Below are positions 28,941 to 38,802 of a stretch of DNA of 64,000 nucleotides, in pieces (positions within the stretch are counted from its first letter, which is position 1; every line of letters begins with the position of its first letter). The stretch is taken from positions 71,760 through 135,759 of the forward strand of contig JAQUSJ010000001.1 in NCBI GenBank assembly GCA_028715175.1, written 5' to 3'. The stretch is from Candidatus Daviesbacteria bacterium. GTDB lineage: Bacteria; Patescibacteriota; Microgenomatia; Daviesbacterales; UBA10151. The position numbers and the translations under genes are program-made. Below the pieces are notes generated by a model. It did not search any database, was not told where the DNA came from, and saw only the letters and a list, made by a program, of their open reading frames with translations.

Positions 28941-30216
28941 ACATAGTTTAATTAGATTAGAAAATGGCTTGACGCTATTTTTACAGCGTATTCCGAGGGT
29001 GCGTTCTGTTTCTGTTTCCATCGGTGTTAGGGCAGGTTCTAGGTATGAGACGAAAGAAACGGCTGGATTGGCACATTTTCTGGAACATATGTTATTTGAG
29101 GGTACCAAACAATATCCAACAGCCAAAAAATTAGCAGAGCAAATAGAAAGAGTTGGTGGACACTCCGGTGCATATACCAATAGAGAATATGTAATTTATA
29201 ATGTTAAAGTTTTTGAAAAGTATCTAGAGATAGCTTTTAAGTATCTTTCTCAAATTATTTTTGATTCAAGTTTGGAATTGAGTAATATTGAGAAGGAGAA
29301 AAGTATTGTTCTGGAGGAGATAAAACGAGTAGCAGATAATCCTGAACAAGTAATTTGGGAAGAATGGATGAAATGGGTATGGGATACTGATCAGCCACTT
29401 GGTCGTTCGATTCTGGGAGACAAAGAAACAGTTCAAAAAATTACTAAATCAAAACTGCAGGCATACTTGCAAAATTTATATGTACCCCAAAATATGATAC
29501 TTACAGTGGTAGGAAATTTTTCATTGTTAGAGGTAGAAAAATATGTTCGAAAATACTTTGATGTAAAAATGACTGGGAAGATTCCAGTATTACAAAAATC
29601 AGAATTGCCCGAGCACAAAAGTAAAACTAAAGTCATGCAGTTAGATACACAGCAAGTTCAACTACTCTGTGGTTTTGTGACTGGTGTTTCGTATTTCCAC
29701 AAAGATCGATTCATAATGTGGTTACTGGCTGAACTCTTAAGTGGAGGAGTAAGTGCGAGGATATTTCAAAAGCTTATTTACGAACTGGGAATTGCTTATT
29801 CTGCCGGAACATATGATATGGAATTCAAGGATACGGGAATATTCTTTATTTATGGTGGATTTGCTAAAGAAAATATTGAGAAAGCCATAACGACTATTTT
29901 TGACGAACTAAGAGAACTTCAAATGAAAAGCGTCATTCCTGATGAATTGGCTAGCGCAAAAGAGAGAAGTATAGCCAGATTATATTTTTCTGCAGAAAAA
30001 CCAGATTATCTTGCTGGTTTACATGCGACACAATTTATTACAGAGGGGAAAATAATGACGATAGAGACACTATCAGAGGAAATAAATCAGGTAAGTTCAG
30101 CTGATGTTAAGAGAGTTGCGCAAAAATATTTTAATAATTCAGATGTATATATTATGTTGCGTGGTCCAGTAAGACAAGATCAAGTAAAAATAATTGATGA
30201 AATAATTGATAGGTAA
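28927..30216 (+). CDS. M16 (pitrilysin-family) zinc peptidase
   Basis: GSRYE, GLAHFLEHMLFEGT (HxxEH), EK.IVLEE, R.FQKL..ELGIAYS; overlaps SagB. Confidence 0.92.
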   Translation: MDMSKHSLIRLENGLTLFLQRIPRVRSVSVSIGVRAGSRYETKETAGLAHFLEHMLFEGTKQYPTAKKLAEQIERVGGHSGAYTNREYVIYNVKVFEKYLEIAFKYLSQIIFDSSLELSNIEKEKSIVLEEIKRVADNPEQVIWEEWMKWVWDTDQPLGRSILGDKETVQKITKSKLQAYLQNLYVPQNMILTVVGNFSLLEVEKYVRKYFDVKMTGKIPVLQKSELPEHKSKTKVMQLDTQQVQLLCGFVTGVSYFHKDRFIMWLLAELLSGGVSARIFQKLIYELGIAYSAGTYDMEFKDTGIFFIYGGFAKENIEKAITTIFDELRELQMKSVIPDELASAKERSIARLYFSAEKPDYLAGLHATQFITEGKIMTIETLSEEINQVSSADVKRVAQKYFNNSDVYIMLRGPVRQDQVKIIDEIIDR

Positions 30217-30222
30217 TTTTTG

Positions 30223-30306
30223 GAAAGGTTAATTAATCGCGAAAGAGAACAATTTGGACTAAGGGGAGCTAGCTTAACAGAAGTGGAAGGAGAGATTATT
30301 TCCTGA
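30223..30306 (+). repeat. Right direct repeat (attR-like): displaced 3' end of PH-domain gene
   Basis: Reads ERLINREREQFGLRGASLTEVEGEIIS-stop versus ...EIIT-stop in the left copy. Confidence 0.95.
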
Positions 30307-30332
30307 AAGGAAATAGTCCCACGGTTTATTTC

Positions 30333-31046
30333 TTAGTCTTGCGCTATCGGGCGGGGCATATCCGGAATTTCCGGAAGTAGAGCCTGCGGATTAACATAAC
30401 TATCATTGCGGGTAATTTCCAGATGCGTATGAGGACCGGAAGTATGGCCTGTTAAGCCTACCTCTCCTAAAATATTTTCCGGAGCAACCTCGTCCTTAAC
30501 TTTAACGTAGATTTTTCCCATGTGAGCATACTTTGATTTAAATCCGTTCTCGTGAGTCACTACCACATAATTTCCCAAACCCCAAAAATCTCTTCCAACC
30601 TCAAAAACTTTACCATTGATGATCGGACGGACAGGCATACCCAATCCTGTGGCAATATCTATGCCCGGATGCCATGTTGAGAATCTGGTTGTTAGATAAC
30701 CAGGGTGCGGTAAGACTAGAGGTTTAGAAAATGATTCGGCGATGACTTCTTCTTTTTGTTCCTGCCCGGCCGCCTTGTATGAAGCTAAAGCCAGCGATTT
30801 TTTAACAGGAGGGATAGAAAGTGTTGGGTAGTATCCTGTCAGGGAAAAGAAAATAAAACCAATAATGGCAAGCTTTGTAAACCTCTTAAGGAACCTTAGC
30901 TTGATTTTAGATAATTTCCGAGTGAGGGCAACCCTTTCAGAAATTACCATAGACAGAAGGTTTATGTTTTGATATTTCAAAACAAATCCCATACTGGATA
31001 GTATGGGATGAATGCGAATAGTATCACTTTCGAGCTCAAATGTCAA
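30333..31046 (-). CDS. M23 family metallopeptidase (start probably downstream of annotated one)
   Basis: HPGID, YAHM, TGHTSGPHTHLE. Confidence 0.92.
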   Translation of the reverse strand: MTFELESDTIRIHPILSSMGFVLKYQNINLLSMVISERVALTRKLSKIKLRFLKRFTKLAIIGFIFFSLTGYYPTLSIPPVKKSLALASYKAAGQEQKEEVIAESFSKPLVLPHPGYLTTRFSTWHPGIDIATGLGMPVRPIINGKVFEVGRDFWGLGNYVVVTHENGFKSKYAHMGKIYVKVKDEVAPENILGEVGLTGHTSGPHTHLEITRNDSYVNPQALLPEIPDMPRPIAQD

Positions 31047-31074
31047 TGAAAATGGAGTGGAGTATAATGTATCG

Positions 31075-31878
31075 ATGAAAAAATTCTTGGTTTGGTTTTT
31101 AATTCTTTTGAGTTTGATAGCTTTACTGCTTCGTTTCAGTAATCAATTGGCTGAAACTTTTTTTGGAGTCAAACAAACAAGCGGTATTTCTATTTTATCT
31201 GATCCGATAGAAGCAACCGTTTTCTTAGACGGTAAAGAAACCGGAAAGACGCCTTTTGACAGCAAAGATTTAGACGTTAAAGAATATCTAGTCAGACTGG
31301 AAAAAAATAAAGCCTTTTGGCAAGGTAAAGTTAAATTAAATGCCGGTACAATAGTGGTTATTATAAGAGATATAGCTAGCGATTCCGCATCTTCTGCCGG
31401 GGAAATTTTAACGCTAGACCGGGGAAAAGGGATAACTATAATTTCCAATCCGTCTGATGCAGGAGTAGAAATTGATGGTCGCATCATTGGAAAGACACCA
31501 ATCACGGCTGATGTGAATACAGGGGAGCATACTATTTTAGTAAGCCATACAAATTATTTGAATAGAAGCATCAAGGTTGATTTGCCTGTAAACTTTAATC
31601 TTACGGTTTCGGTAGATCTAGCGCTTTCCGAAGCTGATTTGGAGGCAATAGAGACCCCAGTCATAACTCAAACACCTGAAGTTATCGTTAAGCAAACTCC
31701 GACAGGATTTTTAAGGGTTAGAGATAAGGCGTCGCTTAGCGGGAAAGAAATTGCACAAGTCAAACCAGGAGATAACCTTATTCTTTTGGAAGAGCAAGGA
31801 TCCTGGGATAGGATAAGATTGTCTAACGGGACTGAGGGATTTGTTTCATCTTCCTATGTTGAAAAGAAAAGTCCTTAG
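31075..31878 (+). CDS. PEGA-domain protein with C-terminal bacterial SH3 domain
   Basis: Two S.P..A.V..DG...GKTP repeats; TPTGFLRVR...EGFVSS. Confidence 0.85.
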   Translation: MKKFLVWFLILLSLIALLLRFSNQLAETFFGVKQTSGISILSDPIEATVFLDGKETGKTPFDSKDLDVKEYLVRLEKNKAFWQGKVKLNAGTIVVIIRDIASDSASSAGEILTLDRGKGITIISNPSDAGVEIDGRIIGKTPITADVNTGEHTILVSHTNYLNRSIKVDLPVNFNLTVSVDLALSEADLEAIETPVITQTPEVIVKQTPTGFLRVRDKASLSGKEIAQVKPGDNLILLEEQGSWDRIRLSNGTEGFVSSSYVEKKSP

Positions 31879-32807
31879 GCTCCCAAAAAGTAAATAATTC
31901 CTACCACCATTACTATCCAGATGATGACTGTTACGAGTAAAGGTTTATCGGTTAAGATTACACGCTCCGGAGATTCGCCTTCTTTTTTCTCATAAATTAT
32001 ATAGAGATATCTCATGACGGCATATAACACAACCGGAACTGTTGCCATTAAATATTTTGCTTCTGTGATTGGTATTTCAAAACCGCCAAAGAAAGTTGAC
32101 AATATCCGGCCTGCTTGAATCGGTGGTTGTAAGAATGCAAAAAAAGCATATGTTAACCAGGTGGAGTTGGCAAACATGGAGGTTAAAATGTCCAGTAAAT
32201 TTTCCGGATAATGAAGCAATGTTTCTCTGTGTCCGAATGCCTGAGATTCCATTAATGTCCGCTCCGATCTTCTTTTTCCAATAGCCAAAAAGAGAGCAGA
32301 GCTTGTGACACACAGCAAAAACCAGACGTTTAAATGAGCATCAATTACCCAGACCCCACTATAAACTCGAAGGACAAAGCCGGCTGCAATCACTAAAACA
32401 TCAATTAAAATTATTTGTTTTAAGTAAGCAGAATAAAGTAGCTGCATTATTAGATAAGTTAGTGCAGCAAAGAAAAAACCGGGAGAAAGCGCATATGACA
32501 GCGGTAAAAAAATTACAATTGAGACAAGAGCCAAAGTTACGGCTAAAGGGACGGGAATAAGTCCGGATGCTATTGGACGCTTTTTTTTAAAAGGGTGGAG
32601 TTTATCTCTTTCAATATCAAATACATCATTTAGTAAGTAAGTGGTTGAAGAAAAGATGCAAAAGAGAAGAAATGCTTCGCCCGTTTTTATTTGATTTACT
32701 CTGTCGAAAAGCATGCCGGAAAAGATTAAACCGGCGAAAACTGCGAAGTTTTTTATCCACTGTCTGGGCCGCGCTGCCCTGAATAATCCCCAAAAAAGTT
32801 TAACCAT
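31875..32807 (-). CDS. UbiA-family decaprenyl-phosphate phosphoribosyltransferase-like protein
   Basis: RPRQWIKN, YLLNDVFDIERDKLHP.KK.RPIASG, KRRSE. Confidence 0.88.
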   Translation of the reverse strand: MVKLFWGLFRAARPRQWIKNFAVFAGLIFSGMLFDRVNQIKTGEAFLLFCIFSSTTYLLNDVFDIERDKLHPFKKKRPIASGLIPVPLAVTLALVSIVIFLPLSYALSPGFFFAALTYLIMQLLYSAYLKQIILIDVLVIAAGFVLRVYSGVWVIDAHLNVWFLLCVTSSALFLAIGKRRSERTLMESQAFGHRETLLHYPENLLDILTSMFANSTWLTYAFFAFLQPPIQAGRILSTFFGGFEIPITEAKYLMATVPVVLYAVMRYLYIIYEKKEGESPERVILTDKPLLVTVIIWIVMVVGIIYFLGA

Positions 32808-33811
32808 AAAATGGCTCCTAAAATAATTGTCCCGATAAGTGCTGCCGCAAATAGTTTGCCGCTGGAGGACAAACTTAGAGCTGCTGCACCAAGAATAGCA
32901 CTTCCTAATATGTAAAACAAGGCAATTTGTTCATGCGAAAATCCTTGTTCAAGGAGTTTATGATGCAGATGACCACGGTCGCCCCAGACAGGCGATTTAC
33001 CCTCCAGAATTCGTCTGAAGAATGTGTATGCAAAATCGGTTGCCGGAATTAAAAGCACAAGCCCTGCGGTTGCTAATTTTCCTCCGGATAAAATAGCCAA
33101 AACCGCAATCATAAATCCTAAAACTCCTGATCCGGAAAACCCCGGGAAAAGTTTGGCCGGATGCCAATTAAAAAGCAAAAGAGCGAAACCAGCTCCCGCA
33201 GTGATAAATGAAAGTTTTGCCAAATTGACTTGCGTGGGATCATGAAACACATTTAGCTTTAAGGATAACAGCCCTAAAATTATCGCTGCAATCGTAATCA
33301 CACCCGGCATTTGACCATCCACACCTTTTGACCAGTTCATCATATTAATTACCCAAACGATCCAAATTACCGCCAAAAAATCGGCAAGCAGCATTAATTG
33401 AGGGTTTGTATCAAAGCGGATGATTCCACCCAATGGGTTAGTGATAAAGGAAATGCCTATTCCCATACAAACTACGATACCTGCTGCAAGAAATTGGGTT
33501 AAGAGCCGCAAATATGGCGAAAGATTCTGGTAACGGTCGTCTAAAAGTCCTATCACGAGCAAAATGATAAGCCCTGCCAGGATTCCGATTGTATATTTTT
33601 CAAACGGGATAAATAGTACCATTGTCAGCGCAATTCCGATAAAGACAGGTAATCCTCCTGCTCTTGGAACAATCCTTTGTTGGGTATGAGCAGGGTGCGG
33701 TCTTGTCTTAGGGTTATCAAGCATTTTAAATTTTTTTGCAAAAGTAATAGTGAGAGGTACGGAAATTATAGTCAGCATAAAAGAAATTATTGGAGGTAAC
33801 AAAAAATCCAT
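32753..33811 (-). CDS. MraY/WecA/TagO-family undecaprenyl-phosphate sugar-1-P transferase
   Basis: PRAGG, GLLDD, N...GVDG, NWHPAKLF, DRGHLHH. Confidence 0.9.
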   Translation of the reverse strand: MDFLLPPIISFMLTIISVPLTITFAKKFKMLDNPKTRPHPAHTQQRIVPRAGGLPVFIGIALTMVLFIPFEKYTIGILAGLIILLVIGLLDDRYQNLSPYLRLLTQFLAAGIVVCMGIGISFITNPLGGIIRFDTNPQLMLLADFLAVIWIVWVINMMNWSKGVDGQMPGVITIAAIILGLLSLKLNVFHDPTQVNLAKLSFITAGAGFALLLFNWHPAKLFPGFSGSGVLGFMIAVLAILSGGKLATAGLVLLIPATDFAYTFFRRILEGKSPVWGDRGHLHHKLLEQGFSHEQIALFYILGSAILGAAALSLSSSGKLFAAALIGTIILGAILWLNFFGDYSGQRGPDSG

Positions 33812-33813
33812 AT

Positions 33814-34179
33814 TTAAATAAAATTAAAGACTATTTTTATAAATGTGACTGTTAATAATAGACTTATTACAAGTGGAGAAAAAAGCAGCATTTTTTTGAA
33901 AAAGGATTGGGATGGATGCAACTGCCAGGAAATCCCCGAATTCAAGAGGGTAATTACCATGATAATTGCCGGAATTAACAGAAACTCCTGGCGAGAGGCG
34001 AGTCGATCGTTGCCCCAAAGGAGTGAATAAAAAAGCGGTAATTTAGGCGGTAATGACCGTAAGCCCAAAAGTATAGTTACTGCGAGAATCAGACCTATGA
34101 TAACAGGAAATAGGGTTATCCATAAAACCAACTTGTTTGAAATGACAAAATCTTCGGATCCTTTTTTTAATTTAAACAT
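33814..34179 (-). CDS. Small membrane protein (DUF1648-like)
   Basis: 3 TM; LPPKLPLFYS..WG motif. Confidence 0.6.
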   Translation of the reverse strand: MFKLKKGSEDFVISNKLVLWITLFPVIIGLILAVTILLGLRSLPPKLPLFYSLLWGNDRLASRQEFLLIPAIIMVITLLNSGISWQLHPSQSFFKKMLLFSPLVISLLLTVTFIKIVFNFI

Positions 34180-34186
34180 AAATTTT

Positions 34187-36004
34187 TTATACTTTTTCTA
34201 GTAACCTTGCCTTATTAGTTACCCTAAATTCCAATTTTTTGCCAAACATCAGAGAAGTTTGGGCATCAATTGCAGGCAAGGAAGAAATAGTTATAAGGAT
34301 TAGAGGTAGTAAAAGCCATTGAGCATATGACCAGATTCTTTTAAATAGCGACCAATCAGCCGGTCTTTTCGGCACTACTTTTTCATGGACGTAAATGGTG
34401 CCAAATAGCCCAAAAAAAGTGATTGTTAAAATCCACGAAGAAACAATCGGTAAATTTACAGACAATACGGAGGTTTTAAAACTGGGATTTACAAAAGATA
34501 TCAATAAGCTTCCAAAGGTGACGAAAATTGCCAAAAACCCCCATTTCAGATCCCCCCAAATTTTAAAAAGTACCCGATCGGTTTTATCCCAAAAATCAAT
34601 TTCTTTGGTAAAATACTGCTTAACAATGAAGGGAATATGTTCCACCCCATAAGCCCATCTCTTGATTTGTAAATACTGGTTTTGGAAGGTTTTGAAAAGA
34701 GTAACATCCTGGACGGCGTCTCCGGAAATAGGCAAAAAATGAGGGACAACTCTGTAATCGCCGTTAAAATGAAAATAAGCTTTCCAGTAGAAACCATTGT
34801 CGTCGTTTACTTTATCGGGTATCCAGAGACCGATATCAAGTAGTGCTTTTAGAGAAATCGACATTGAAGAATAGTTCATATATTTGTCTGATCCTACCAT
34901 TTCCGCCATCTGCCAAAAGCTGGTACCGGTTGCCATGAGTCTCATCGGGGTTGGGGTTTGCCAATAATTATTGTGGTATAGAAAAACACCGGTAAAGGTT
35001 CGTTTATCTCTGACGGAGCCGGGTAGCGATAAATACTTATACAGTGCTCCGGCAAGGAATTGTTGGTGAATGACAAAATCAGCATCCAGGGTTGTGACAA
35101 AAACATCCTCAATTTGAATTCCTGCTTTTTGAAGCTGTGGAAGGATATGTTTTATCATCCAATTTTTATTTGATCCTTGACCGGCGACTTCTCCCTCTAA
35201 GCCATAGGGATGGATTGTTGTGAATACACCCCCAATTTTTCTTTCGATCTTTTTTAGATACTCTTTAGTTTCACGAATTTTTTCCGGGTCATCTCTTTCC
35301 TCAAATCCCACAGCAATCAAGATTTTATTTTTTGGATAACTGCAGTTGGCAATGGCATTAAAAGTAGGCTTGAGGATATATAATGCTTCTTTGTAAGTGG
35401 GAATCAAAATTAATTGGTAATATTTCTCCCATTCTTTTGGAAAATCCTTTCGTAGTAACTTTTGCCAATCCTGATGTTTTGCCCATTCCATTTTGCGGTA
35501 GCCAATGATTATTAGGACAGCAATTCTAAAAGCAGTTAATAACCAGTAAACGTCGGCAATTAAAATAAGATATGCGACTGCATAAGGAAGAGTAAACGAT
35601 AACCAGATCGGAGAAGTTAGCGCCAGCCAGGTTAAGCTCCCCGGTAGAATTTCCAGAAATCTTTCAAATCCATTCGCGTGTTTTAAAACAAATTCCTGCT
35701 CCGACCTTTCAAAAAGGATAAATCGTTGGGATAGCAGATGGTGTATTATAAGACCGAGGCCTGATCCAATCAGAAAAAGACCGGTCAGAATATTAACTCC
35801 ACCGGTAAGCATAGATTGTCCCCAAAAGCTAACCAAAAACCCCAACAGCACAAAGAAGAGTCCAAGGAAACTATAACGGATTCCTTTAACTACTCTATTT
35901 AAGATTTCCGAAAAATAGAAAAAGGATAAAAAACCAATAAAAAAGACCAGTAAAATACGCATGTGTATGTCCCTAAGTTTACCTACTTGAGCCTCAGAAA
36001 GCAA
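34187..36004 (-). CDS. Membrane GT2-family glycosyltransferase (start uncertain)
   Basis: IPTYKE, TLDAD, NDD, QIKRWAYG (QxxRW). Confidence 0.85.
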   Translation of the reverse strand: MLSEAQVGKLRDIHMRILLVFFIGFLSFFYFSEILNRVVKGIRYSFLGLFFVLLGFLVSFWGQSMLTGGVNILTGLFLIGSGLGLIIHHLLSQRFILFERSEQEFVLKHANGFERFLEILPGSLTWLALTSPIWLSFTLPYAVAYLILIADVYWLLTAFRIAVLIIIGYRKMEWAKHQDWQKLLRKDFPKEWEKYYQLILIPTYKEALYILKPTFNAIANCSYPKNKILIAVGFEERDDPEKIRETKEYLKKIERKIGGVFTTIHPYGLEGEVAGQGSNKNWMIKHILPQLQKAGIQIEDVFVTTLDADFVIHQQFLAGALYKYLSLPGSVRDKRTFTGVFLYHNNYWQTPTPMRLMATGTSFWQMAEMVGSDKYMNYSSMSISLKALLDIGLWIPDKVNDDNGFYWKAYFHFNGDYRVVPHFLPISGDAVQDVTLFKTFQNQYLQIKRWAYGVEHIPFIVKQYFTKEIDFWDKTDRVLFKIWGDLKWGFLAIFVTFGSLLISFVNPSFKTSVLSVNLPIVSSWILTITFFGLFGTIYVHEKVVPKRPADWSLFKRIWSYAQWLLLPLILITISSLPAIDAQTSLMFGKKLEFRVTNKARLLEKV

Positions 36005-36018
36005 ATGATCCGCAGGAT

Positions 36019-36906
36019 CTAAATCTTAAATATCTTTTTAGCATTCTCCGTAGTTTGATTAGAAACCGTTTCAAATGTGATTCCTTTGAGATTAGCGATC
36101 AGACGGGCAATTTCTTTGACGCTAGAGGGTTCATTCCTTTGGCCACGTTTACTTTGGGGAGCGAGAAACGGGGAATCGGTTTCTAAAAGGATCCGTTCTA
36201 AAGGGATAATTTTGGCGGCTTCCCTTAAGTATTCATTTTTGGGGTAAGTGATATTAGCTGCAAAAGCCACTAAAAAGTTAGTAGTCTGTAGTAGGTAGTT
36301 GGTAGTTTGGGGAAGACCGGAATAGCAGTGATAAACTCCAAAATGATCTTTGGTCATATCAATAGCAGTTTGCCAGCATTCGGAATTTTCAGGATTTTTT
36401 GAGCGGTCATCACGGCAATGAACAACTAAAGGCAGATTTAATTTTTTGGCCAAATCAATTTGGGCCTGAAAAAGTTTTTTCTGGAGAATTTTAATCTGGT
36501 CTGGTGGAATAGATGGAGGAGTGAAACCAGGATTGCTGTTAAAGAAAAAATCCAGCCCACATTCTCCAATCCCAGCGACCTTTTCTGAATTACTTCTATA
36601 AATCTCTTCTAATTGGGTTATATCGTTTACCAAATCCTTTTGTACGTTTGTACCACGATCGGAGGATGTTTATGATTGTTGGTATTTAATTGCTTCGTGC
36701 GGATGGATGCCGATAGTGGAATATACTGATAAACCTTTAGGCCATTTAGTATTTTTAGCCTGATTCAAAGCTTCCTTGCTTTTTTCAATATCTACTCCAA
36801 TGTTGATGATTGCAGAAATTCCGCTATCTAAAGCTCTTTGGATTACTTCATCAAAATCTTCTTTATATGATTCCCAGTAAAGATGGGCATGTGTATCAAT
36901 TAACAT
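36019..36906 (-). pseudogene. tatD: TatD-family hydrolase interrupted by one in-frame TAA (36670-36672)
   Basis: DTHAH and GIHPH in first part; GECGLD, HCR, HCY, ETDSP in second; both halves in the same frame. Confidence 0.85.
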
Positions 36907-36926
36907 ATACGAGCGTTATTCTTTCC

Positions 36927-36987
36927 TGTCATCCTGAGGCGATTAGCCGAAGGATATGATTATATTCTTCACTTCGTTCAGAATGAC
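36927..36987. repeat. Palindromic element (GTCATCCTGA...TCAGAATGAC family), intergenic
   Basis: Inverted termini; about 10 related copies in window. Confidence 0.85.
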
Positions 36988-36998
36988 GATTCTCTTCA

Positions 36999-38420
36999 TT
37001 AAATCCTTGGAAATAGAGGAGGTTGCGATTTAATAGCTCCGGAAAATTGTTTTAAAATTTTTTCGGAAGTTTCGGGTAAAAAAGGTTGTAATTTTAGGTT
37101 TAGATATCTAATTGCGTCTACTACAACTTGCATAACATTGATTAAATTTTGTCCTTTGAGTTTCCATGGTTGTTGATTATTTATATAATGGTCAATGATT
37201 CTTATTTCATCCCATATTAATTTTAGCGCTTCATCAAATCTGTAATTTTCCAAAGCCTTTGCATATAGAGTTGTTATATCTCCTGACGTTGTCGGTATAC
37301 TTGTTACAAGTTTGTTTATTGAGGGATTATTGTCCGAAATTGTTATGTTTTCGCAGAGTTTGGCAACTCTTGCCACTAAGTTCCCTAATCCATTTGCTAA
37401 GTCTGCATTATATAAGCGATCAAGAGCATCCCATGAAAAATCGCCATCTTCACCAAATGGAAATGCAGCCAGCAAAACATATCTAGTTCCATCTACACCG
37501 TATTTTTCTACTAATTGATCTGGACTAATTACATTTCCTAAAGTCTTAGACATCTTTTGTCCATTAACAGTAAAAAACCCATGTGCGAAAATTTGTTTTG
37601 GTAGTTTTTCGTCAATTGCCAGAAGCATTGCCGGCCAAATTATTGCATGAAACCAAAGAATATCTTTGCCTACCAAGTGAAGATCTGCCGGCCAAAAATT
37701 ATTTTGCGATCCATAAGTATAGTAATTAATTAAAGCTTCTATCCAAACATAAGCTGTGTGAGAGCAGTCAAAAGGTAGTGGAATTCCCCATTCAAGATTC
37801 GCTCTTGAAATAGAGATATCCTCCAAACCCTGTTTGATTTTACCCAGTATTTCGTTTTTCCTTGATTGCGGACTAATTTTAATTGTGTCAGAAGTGATTA
37901 GTTGTTCTAACTGTTTTTGATAAGCTGTTAGTTTAAAGTAGTAATTCTCTTCTGAGTGTTCGATTGGTTTGGTTTGGTGATCAGGACACAAACCGTTGAC
38001 TAATTCTTCCGGCGACATAAATTTTTCATGCCCTACACAATACAATCCCTTATAAAGTCGGGGTTTAGCATCAATTGCGCCCTTATCGTAAAGTTTCTGT
38101 AAAAATTTCTGTGCCATTTTTATGTGATCTTCATCAGTAGTTCTAATAAATCTAACAAAATCAATATCTAATTTCTCCCAAGCTTGTTTGAATTCTTCTG
38201 AAATCTTATCAGCATAGTCCTTAGGTTGTTGATTATGTTTTTTGGCTGCTTCAGCTATTTTTGCACCATGTTCATCAGTGCCAACTAATAATCTGGCATC
38301 GTAACCTTTGCATTTCCAGTAACGGGTTAAAACATCAGCTGCTACTGTAGGATACGCATGGCCGATGTGGGGGACATCATTAACATAATAAATTGGAGTT
38401 GTAATAAAAAATTTATTCAT
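36999..38420 (-). CDS. metG: Methionine--tRNA ligase
   Basis: TTPIYYVN..PHIGH, GTDEHG, YVWIEAL, KMSKT. Confidence 0.97.
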   Translation of the reverse strand: MNKFFITTPIYYVNDVPHIGHAYPTVAADVLTRYWKCKGYDARLLVGTDEHGAKIAEAAKKHNQQPKDYADKISEEFKQAWEKLDIDFVRFIRTTDEDHIKMAQKFLQKLYDKGAIDAKPRLYKGLYCVGHEKFMSPEELVNGLCPDHQTKPIEHSEENYYFKLTAYQKQLEQLITSDTIKISPQSRKNEILGKIKQGLEDISISRANLEWGIPLPFDCSHTAYVWIEALINYYTYGSQNNFWPADLHLVGKDILWFHAIIWPAMLLAIDEKLPKQIFAHGFFTVNGQKMSKTLGNVISPDQLVEKYGVDGTRYVLLAAFPFGEDGDFSWDALDRLYNADLANGLGNLVARVAKLCENITISDNNPSINKLVTSIPTTSGDITTLYAKALENYRFDEALKLIWDEIRIIDHYINNQQPWKLKGQNLINVMQVVVDAIRYLNLKLQPFLPETSEKILKQFSGAIKSQPPLFPRI

Positions 38421-38788
38421 AGTTTCTTCGTCAGTTTAGGGATTTTTGATAATTTAGTCAATTTATGTTTTTTAATTTTCCTAAAATAACTGAAAAGTAA
38501 ATAAGTGGCAGCAACAGTTAATAGAGCAGTTACAATATTTAAAGTATCCAAAGCTTTAAGGATGAGTAGAAAAATGAGACCTAAAGAGAAAGAACAAGAA
38601 GAAAGAATATTTCTTAAAAAGATATTAAGAGTAAATATTAATGCCAAATATAAAGGAGTCAAAAATAGAATCAGCTGAGTATAATTTGCCTGGGTTAGAC
38701 TTTCAGGGTATGGTACTTGTAAAACCACAAATATAAAAATCCCCCAAAAAAACAAAACAGAAATAATTTTTGGAAAAACTTCAGGCAT
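38417..38788 (-). CDS. Hypothetical membrane protein
   Basis: 4 TM helices, basic tail; coupled to metG. Confidence 0.65.
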   Translation of the reverse strand: MPEVFPKIISVLFFWGIFIFVVLQVPYPESLTQANYTQLILFLTPLYLALIFTLNIFLRNILSSCSFSLGLIFLLILKALDTLNIVTALLTVAATYLLFSYFRKIKKHKLTKLSKIPKLTKKL

Positions 38789-38802
38789 ATATCAATTGTA
38801 AA

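Larger units (their letters stand above)
25617..30222. mobile_element. ~4.6 kb genomic island carrying candidate RiPP cluster (no integrase)
   Basis: Bounded by duplicated 3' end of the PH-domain gene; contains only specialised-metabolism genes. Confidence 0.85.

Noticed and set aside
25539-30300. The 78-bp repeat as a DGR template/variable region pair
   Set aside because: Mismatches are synonymous third-position changes, not adenine-directed, and no RT is present; integration repeat fits better.
36670-36672. Stop-codon recoding (code 25) as explanation for split tatD
   Set aside because: The stop is TAA; TGA ends normal genes here (e.g. 1582, 12904) and long ORFs are intact under the standard code.
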